From Macrostomum lignano (lineage: Eukaryota): DNA of 64,000 nucleotides. Of this stretch, positions 38,201 to 47,200 are shown in pieces; positions within the stretch are counted from its first letter, which is position 1, and each line of letters opens with the position of its first letter. The DNA lies in NCBI GenBank assembly GCA_002269645.1, contig NIVC01003104.1, positions 116,103 through 180,102 of the forward strand. The letters are read 5' to 3'. Made by a program: the position numbers and the translations under genes. The notes under the pieces were generated by a model. That model saw only the letters and a list, made by a program, of their open reading frames with translations. It did not search any database and was not told the DNA's origin.

Positions 38201-41200
38201 CATTTCGCTGACTGCGGGGTTGGCGTCTGGCGGCGCGATCTGAGCTGAGCACAGACCAAGAAGTAAGACATGGGGAGTAAAAATCTTGTGCCTCCTTCCC
38301 AGCCAACCCCTCATCCGCGGTCGATAGTGGGTGAAGAATTCCCTTCCTAAGCCACTCCCACTCGTCTGCTTTTCGGTTCCTACTAGGCAGATTGACAAAA
38401 AAAATAAAAATGTGGTAATTAATTGTAGCTTTTTAGACTGTCTTTAGGTATCTTTTATTCTAGAGATTAATTCTAATCACTTATTTTAAAGCTTGCCGGT
38501 ATAAAAACTTGCGGAAATAAAAGACTGAGTTAAACTTACAAGGTAACCACTGAAGTAGGCTAAACTACAGGTTAGAAAAGATCGCCGTTCGTAGAAGCTT
38601 TTGCCTCTTCCATGATTTTATTCTTTAAGCATGCTTCGCATTTTAATGCATTCACACAATATTGAATGGAATCAAGACTTAAACCCAAACTGTTCTGCTT
38701 CTGGGCGCTTATCTGCTTCTGGGCGCTTATCTGCTTCTGGGCGCTTATCTACTTCTGGGCGCTTATCTGCTTCTGGGCGCTTATCTGCTTCTGGGCGCTT
38801 ATCTGCTTCTGGGCGCTTATCTACTTCTGGGCGCTTATCTGCTTCTGGGCGCTTATCTGCTTCTGGGCGCTTATCTGCTTCTGGGCGCTTATCTGCTTCT
38901 GGGCACTTATCTGCTTCTGGGCGCTTATCTGCTTCTGGGCGCTTATCTACTTCTGGGCGCTTATCTGCTTCTGGGCGCTTATCTGCTTCTGGGCGCTTAT
39001 CTGCTTCTGGGCGCTTATCTGCTTCTGGGCGCTTATCTGCTTCTGGGCGCTTATCTGCTTCTGGGCGCTTATCTGCTTCTGGGCGCTTATCTGCTTCTGG
39101 GCGCTTATCTGCTTCTGGGCGCTTATCTGTTTCCATTGAGGCTTTCCTGCCTCTGTTGATGGTGACGCAGACAGACAAGATACTCGTAGTTCGTACTGAC
39201 AACTGAATAATGGTAATCCTGTTGCTTAACATTGGGACTAGTCGACTGGAGAAATTCCACCTCCAGTGTGCACTGATAACAGTATTGAGGCTGAGTGAAA
39301 CAGCCCCAGAGTTGGATTGTGATTCCAGCCGTTTCGAAGTCTGACTGCATTAAAAATAACCAAAGAAAATCCTGAGACAACTTGAAAGTGCAAAGAAAGA
39401 ACAATCACAACTTGAAAACAATAAGCTCGTACTTGGCGAGTGCCACTGTTGGGAGAAACCAGAAAGACCAGTAAAATGCTCTGTACCCACTACCCTGTTC
39501 CCCTTCACCTTCACCCACTATCGATGTTTTTGGCAGGACGGAGGGACCATTTTTTCCGCAGCTTTTTGTCAAAAAACACGCCAAGGCAGGGAATGGGGCT
39601 TGCGAAGTCGAGATACTTCTTGGTCTGTGAAACTGAGTAATAAAAAATTGCTTCCGAATTGTTTCCGATCGACGCAAATCTGAGGACTCGAATTGTGCAC
39701 TATTTATGGTTTTTATGATATTAATCTACTTGTATGCATAGCATTTGTGCTTAAGCATATTATGTCAGGGTTGCTAAACTGTGTCAGGAATGCTAAACTG
39801 TGTCAGGAATGCTAAACTGTGTCAGGGATGCTAAACTGTGTCAGGAATGCTAAACTGTGTCAGGGTTGCTAAACTGTGTCAGGGTTGCTAAACTGTGTCA
39901 GAAATGCTAAACTGTGTCAGGAATGCTAAACTGTGTCAGGAATGCTAAACTGTGTCAGGGTTGCTAAACTGTGCCAGGAATGCTAAACTGTGTCAGGGTT
40001 GCTAAACTGTGTCAGGGTTGCTAAACTGTGTCAGGAATGCTAAACTGTGTCAGGGTTGCTAAACTGTGTCAGGGTTGCTAAACTGTGTCAGGGTTGCTAA
40101 ACTGTGTCAGGGTTGCTAAACTGTGTCAGGAATGCTAAACTGTGTCAGGGTTGCTAAACTGTGTCAGGGTTGCTAAACTGTGTCAGGAATGCTAAACTGT
40201 GTCAGGGTTGCTAAACTGTGTCAGGAATGCTAAACTGTGTCAGGGTTGCTAAACTGTGTCAGGGTTGCTAAACTGTGTCAGAGTTGCTAAACTGTGTCAG
40301 GAATGCTAAACTGTGTCAGGGTTGCTAAACTGTGTCAGGAATGCTAAACTGTGTCAGAAATGCTAAACTGTGTCAGGAATGCTAAACTGTGTCAGGGTTG
40401 CTAAACTGTGTCAGGGTTGCTAAACTGTGTCAGGAATGCTAAACTGTGTCAGGGTTGCTAAACTGTGTCAGGAATGCTAAACTGTGTCAGGGTTGCTAAA
40501 CTGTGTCAGGGTTGCTAAACTGTGTCAGGGTTGCTAAACTGTGTCAGGGTTGCTAAACTGTGTCAGGAATGCTAAACTGTGTCAGGGTTGCTAAACTGTG
40601 TCAGGAATGCTAAACTGTGTCAGAAATGCTAAACTGTGTCAGGAATGCTAAACTGTGTCAGAAATGCTAAACTGTGTCAGGAATGCTAAACTGTGTCAGG
40701 GATGCTAAACTCTGTCAGGAATGCTAAACTGTGTCAGGGATGCTAAACTGTGTCAGGGATGCTAAACTGTGTCAGGGATGCTAAACTGTGTCAGGAATGC
40801 TAAACTGTGTCAGGGTTGCTAAACTGTGTCAGGAATGCTAAACTGTGTCAGAAATGCTAAACTGTGTCAGGAATGCTAAACTGTGTCAGGGATGCTAAAC
40901 TGTGTCAGGAATGCTAAACTGTGTCAGGGTTGCTAAACTGTGTCAGGAATGCTAAACTGTGTCAGAAATGCTAAACTGTGTCAGGAATGCTAAACTGTGT
41001 CAGGGATGCTAAACTGTGTCAGGAATGCTAAACTGTGTCAGGGATGCTAAACTGTGTCAGGGATGCTAAACTGTGTCAGGAATGCTAAACTGTGTCAGGG
41101 ATGCTAAACTGTGTCAGGGATGCTAAACTGTGTCAGGGATGCTAAACTGTGTCAGGAATGCTAAACTGTGTCAGGGATGCTAAACTGTGTCAGAAATGCT

Positions 41201-44200
41201 AAACTGTGTCAGGGTTGCTAAACTGTGTCAGGGATGCTAAACTCTGTCAGGAATGCTAAACTGTGTCAGAAATGCTAAACTGTGTCAGGAATGCTAAACT
41301 GTGTCAGGGATGCTAAACTGTGTCAGGAATGCTAAACTGTGTCAGGGTTGCTAAACTGTGTCAGGGATGCTAAACTGTGTCAGGGATGCTAAACTGTGTC
41401 AGGGATGCTAAACTGTGTCAGGGATGCTAAACTGTGTCAGGGATGCTAAACTGTGTCAGGAATGCTAAACTGTGTCAGGGATGCTAAACTGTGTCAGGGA
41501 TGCTAAACTGTGTCAGGGATGCTAAACTGTGTCAGGAATGCTAAACTGTGTCAGGGATGCTAAACTGTGTCAGAAATGCTAAACTGTGTCAGGGTTGCTA
41601 AACTGTGTCAGGGATGCTAAACTCTGTCAGGAATGCTAAACTGTGTCAGAAATGCTAAACTGTGTCAGGAATGCTAAACTGTGTCAGGGATGCTAAACTG
41701 TGTCAGGAATGCTAAACTGTGTCAGGGTTGCTAAACTGTGTCAGGGATGCTAAACTGTGTCAGGGATGCTAAACTGTGTCAGGGATGCTAAACTGTGTCA
41801 GGGATGCTAAACTGTGTCAGGGATGCTAAACTGTGTCAGGAGAGATAAGAACTGTGTTAAGAGAGATAAACTATCTCAGAGGTTGCTAAACTGTATCAGA
41901 CACATGCGCTAGACTGTGTCAGGGACTGCTAAGTATCAGGCTCCAGGCATTGTCAGGGGTCTCAGTACTGTGTCAGCTACGGTAGAAATAAGTTAGATTG
42001 TCTCTAAGATGCCGAAAATCAAAGATTTAACTCAGGCGAGCTTGAAATGCTAAAAATAGAAGCAGCAAGTTGCAGAGCAGCGCGCGAACCCCTTTCTATT
42101 GATATTGCGTCGTCGATTGGGTCTGTCAATAGAAATGGTATCCCAGTCTCAAAATAATCATTTCCAGCTCTTCTATTTCGCCATCCCACGACTGACCGGT
42201 TATTTTCCTCACGCTGAAAAAAATTTTGCTCATAAGTGGAATGGCGATTTCTATTTTGGTTGTGCTTAACGACTAATGCCTTCCTTCTCTCTGTGTCTCT
42301 GGACTCTGTCCCCTGTCCAAGCCCTCCTTCCTGCCTGAAGTTTCATTACGAGTATAAACGGAGGCCGTTTGCACTAACCCTGCCAGCCCGCCCCCTCCCA
42401 CTCCCCCTCAAAATGGATGAAATTTGCCAAAAATATCTCGCTGAAGCTAGGGCGGATCCGCGGCTTCCCCATAGAATAGCCAACTAGGGCAGGGGGTAGC
42501 GTGTTTACACAGCCAGTGCTGGGCTGCGATTTTCAATGGGACAGTGGGCTGAGCCATGGAGGCCCAGCAACCAACTCTTCCCCGAACAGCCCAACAGCTT
42601 TTTAGCTTGCACACAAAACACAAACTACGACTCAGTTGAAGCTTTTCTTTGTAGAATTAAGTCTGATTTTAAAGCTGAATGAATTCTCCGTGATGGAGTA
42701 GAAATCATTGCACAATGAGCAGTAGTCTATGAGCTAGATTCCAGTGTCTGAATCGCGTTACGACCCAGGTCATGCGATTCACAGCCGTGAGAGCCAACCC
42801 CAGTAGTCTATGAGCTAGATTCCAGTGTCTGAATCGGGTTACGACCCCAGGTCATGCGATTCACAGCCGTGAGGGCCAACCCCAGTAGTCTATGAGCTAG
42901 ATTCCAGTGTCTGAATCGCGTTACGACCCCAGGTCATGCGATTCACAGCCGTGAGGGCCAACCCCAGTAGTCTATGAGCTAGATTCCAGTGTCTGAATCG
43001 CGTTACGACCCCAGGTCATGCGATTCACAGCCGTGAGGGCCAACCCCAGTAGTCTATGAGCTAGATTCCAGTGTCTGAATCGGGTTACGACCCCAGGTCA
43101 TGCGATTCACAGCCGTGAGGGCCAACCCCAGTAGTCTATGAGCTAGATTCCAGTGTCTGAATCGGGTTACGACCCCAGGTCATGCGATTCACAGCCGTGA
43201 GGGCCAACCCCAGTAGTCTATGAGCTAGATTCCAGTGTCTGAATCGCGTTACGACCCCAGGTCATGCGATTCACAGCCGTGAGGGCCAACCCCAGTAGTC
43301 TATGAGCTAGATTCCAGTGTCTGAATCGGGTTACGACCCCAGGTCATGCGATTCACAGCCGTGAGGGCCAACCCCAGTAGTCTATGAGCTAGATTCCAGT
43401 GTCTGAATCGGGTTACGACCCCAGGTCATGCGATTCACAGCCGTGAGGGCCAACCCCAGTAGTCTATGAGCTAGATTCTAGTGTCTGAATCGCGTTACGA
43501 CCCCAGGTCATGCGATTCACAGCCGTGAGGGCCAACCCCAGTAGTCTATGAGCTAGATTCCAGTGTCTGAATCGGGTTACGACCCCAGGTCATGCGATTC
43601 ACAGCCGTGAGGGCCAACCCCAGTAGTCTATGAGCTAGATTCCAGTGTCTGAATCGCGTTACGACCCCAGGTCATGCGATTCACAGCCGTGAGGGCCAAC
43701 CCCAGTAGTCTATGAGCTAGATTCTAGTGTCTGAATCGCGTTACGACCCCAGGTCATGCGATTCACAGCCGTGAGGGCCAACCCCAGTAGTCTATGAGCT
43801 AGATTCCAGTGTCTGAATCGGGTTACGACCCCAGGTCATGCGATTCACAGCCGTGAGGGCCAACCCCAGTAGTCTATGAGCTAGATTCCAGTGTCTGAAT
43901 CGCGTTACGACCCCAGGTCATGCGATTCACAGCCGTGAGGGCCAACCCCAGTAGTCTATGAGCTAGATTCTAGTGTCTGAATCGCGTTACGACCCCAGGT
44001 CATGCGATTCACAGCCGTGAGGGCCAACCCCAGTAGTCTATGAGCTAGATTCTAGTGTCTGAATCGCGTTACGACCCCAGGTCATGCGATTCACAGCCGT
44101 GAGAGCCAACCCCCAAGGCACAGACAGTGTACATGCCTGACGATTAGATAGTCAGGGCTGCTGTACACCCTGTGTGAGCGTGTTCATGAGTCGAGCATGT

Positions 44201-47200
44201 GCTCAGGAAAGAGCGATAAATGCGGAATTGCCACTGCACTGGTTGTCGCGGTCACAATTTTCTATATTTTCCTCTTGGTTTTTCACTTAACTTCTGAGAA
44301 TTTATTCAGCTTCAAAATGAGACCAAGTTCGATAAAAAATAGTTTAAACAAAACCGAAGTTATGATAACTTTAGTAAACACAGAAAGAACACAGAGACTG
44401 GGCCTGCCTTTTGTTTCTAAACAGAAAAGCCGCAGTCAATCTGCGGTGGTCTGAAAATCATGTGATGAGTGGCAAATCCAGGTTCTGGTTCTGGGACTCC
44501 ATGGCTGAGCGCTGGGCCGGCACTTCAGTTAGTTACTAATAAATCTCCCGCGCCCAGTGCCTGCCAACGGGCCTTGGTTACACTCACCCAGTCTCTCCTG
44601 TATCTCCCTCCCCCCTCTATCTATCTTCCCCAAGTCTCGAAAACTTCAACTGAGCCCTCGTCCCTTCTCCTACCCCAACTCCGAACTGCCGCCCCCGCAG
44701 CAGGCGGCGGCGCCGTCTGCTGCATCGGCGGTAGCGGGCGCGGACGGCACCGGCGGCGGATTTCCAATCGCGCTGAAGATTGGCCACGCTCACAATGGAA
44801 TTGGCAAGGTGAGTGGGCTTTTAATTGGGATTCCGCATTTTTATGATTTGTTCTAATTAATTGATCCGGCGGGGAGCAATTTCCTAACTGTTTGGCAATC
44901 AAAACGGTGCTTATTAATTTTGAATTAGCAGATACTCAACAAAATTGATTGAGCAATAAAAATTAACAGCAATATAAAAAAAATTGATTTGCGTATCTGG
45001 CAATTTTAAAGCAAAGAGTACCTAGCTAACTTACAGAGCCAATGTAGCTATTATAACTGAAGCCAAAATCCCTAATTTTTGGGCTTCTATGAGTTACTTT
45101 TTAATTGGCATTGTATTTTCAATTAGATCTTGTCCTGCTCCAGCAGTGGAAGCAAAAGCTATGAGCGTTTCCTCAAAATCCTCGGTGTCGTCTTTGACCT
45201 TCCACGAGAATGCCAAAGCCATCAGCGTCAAAGTCCGCTCCAACACAGCTCATCAGCGACTTCAGCTAATCGCTTCTTCAGCGCTTTCAAAATTCCGCTT
45301 TGCGCGTTGTCACCGGGTGCCACAGCTGCTCTGCCGTCGGGCACCCCTGAATGCAGAATGCACCGTGCTTTCGGAAAGAGCTCACTCTGAGCTATTCGCC
45401 TCCCAATACTGGATCTCCTGCACCCTCCCCAGCTGCACATCGCGTGCTTCTTCTCAACTGGCGGCGCCAAAGAACTAACTACCCTGGCTGGCTGCACCTA
45501 CGCGGCCAAACTCGAATCTTCGACCTCTCCGCTCTGACGCCGTTGCTGTAGCTCTGCCCCCCTTTTCCGACCGATCTGACCCCAGCTGCTCTCTGGGCGC
45601 AGCCTCGTTCGGCCATTGCTTTCATCGACGAGCTGTTTCCAGGTCCCGGTGCCATGACAATCACACACATACATGCACAGGAGTGTTTATGACCATGCAA
45701 TTAGACTAAAGCCTAACTTTAGTTGCAGACTTTTGTCTATAGTCGAAAAAGTTCCCGCAAACTGCGTCAATTGTCCCCCTCATTGAGAGCCTCAAACAAC
45801 TTGTCTATGGTAAAAATCTATTTTGTGAAAAATGAACGGCCATAGACATTTCAGCTGCCATTCTATTGTTTTAGCACTGAGCCCTGAGTTTTCTTGCATT
45901 AAATGCTGCCATTCACAGCCACAAGGGCCAAACCCACAGGGCACTGAGGGTGCGTTGTTTGCGCTCGGGGATCAGAAGAGCTGTGGAATTTGGATTTTGA
46001 ACCACAGGCCTCCTGCTAGCTCTATCAGTCATTTTCAAAACTACTGCTTACGCTAAATTCAAGTTCGAGAATTTTTATTCAGACTGATAACGGTGGGTTC
46101 CAGTTTCTTTTTTCCGACTCGTCAAGAAGCCTTGGCCGCGTGAAAGGCGTTAAGAAAATTTGCTGCTGAAAAAAGAAGAAATTTGTGCCTCACCATCTCG
46201 AATCGCTGATGCTGCTAAACTCCGCTTTAATCCGATTTCCTAGCGCAGCCTCCCGGCGCCGCAAGAGGAAAAATTGCTAATCCAATCAGGCCAATCCGAT
46301 TATCTTCCGCAACCGGCTTTCATTTCCTCAATTTTTCCCGCTCTTCTAGAAGAACCATTGCCAGACAAAACAACCAGCGGCAAACCCCAAAAGCCAATAA
46401 AATGCACGCAAAGATCGCACGAAATTGGATGTGACGCACAGTTTTTTTGTTCGAATTCATGCGCTTTCTTTTCCAATCGGGAACGCTACGCCCACGCTCT
46501 GCCCACGGCTTCTTTCGTCGGCGGGCGGGAGCTCGCAGAAGTTAAGAACCAATTGAAGTAATATTATTTTTGAAACCGTTGACGTTGAAACGCATTGTCA
46601 GAGGAGCGAAAGTCTGGTCCCCAAACATGCGCGCATATCCAGTGGGCGCACTCCCAATAGAAGCGCGCAAATAATTTTTACTTCTACACAGATGTTTCAA
46701 GTGTCCGGATTTTTAATTAGCTCTGGAAAGTTGTCTGCATCTTCTACTAGAAGCAGTTTCTTAACTGGTCTCTTACTCTGCCACCCCTTCCAATCCCTTC
46801 TTCCAAGCTTCGCGCTGCCGACCCGGAAGCGCTGCAAGAGGCGGGCAGCCTGCTGGCCCTGCTGCCCGCCGGAGATGCCTACGCAACAGCCGAAAGTCTG
46901 CTGGAGGCCCGCTGCGACATTCTGTTGCAGAAAATCGGCGCCAACTACAAAGCATTTCTGTGAGCGCGGCAGGGTTGCTGCTTGAGTGATGGACATTCAT
47001 GTCATGAGTGATGGACATTCAGGTCATGAGTGATGGACATTTAGGTCATGAGTGATGGACATTCAGGTCATGAGTGATGGACATTCAGGTCATGAGTGAT
47101 GGACATTTAGGTCATGAGTGATGGACATTCGGATTCTGAGTGATGGAAATTCGGATCATGAGAGATGGATATTCAAGTCATAAGTGATGGACATTAAAGT

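Noticed and set aside
37165-39232. Repeat-protein ORFs of ~150-220 aa
   Set aside because: Open in several frames because of the 47-bp and 18-bp arrays.
42721-44113. CRISPR-like array
   Set aside because: Units are contiguous and identical with no unique spacers; eukaryotic context with no cas genes.
45089-45700. Second nested gene in synapsin intron 6
   Set aside because: GC-rich with short ORFs on both strands, but no coherent exon chain or motif could be established.
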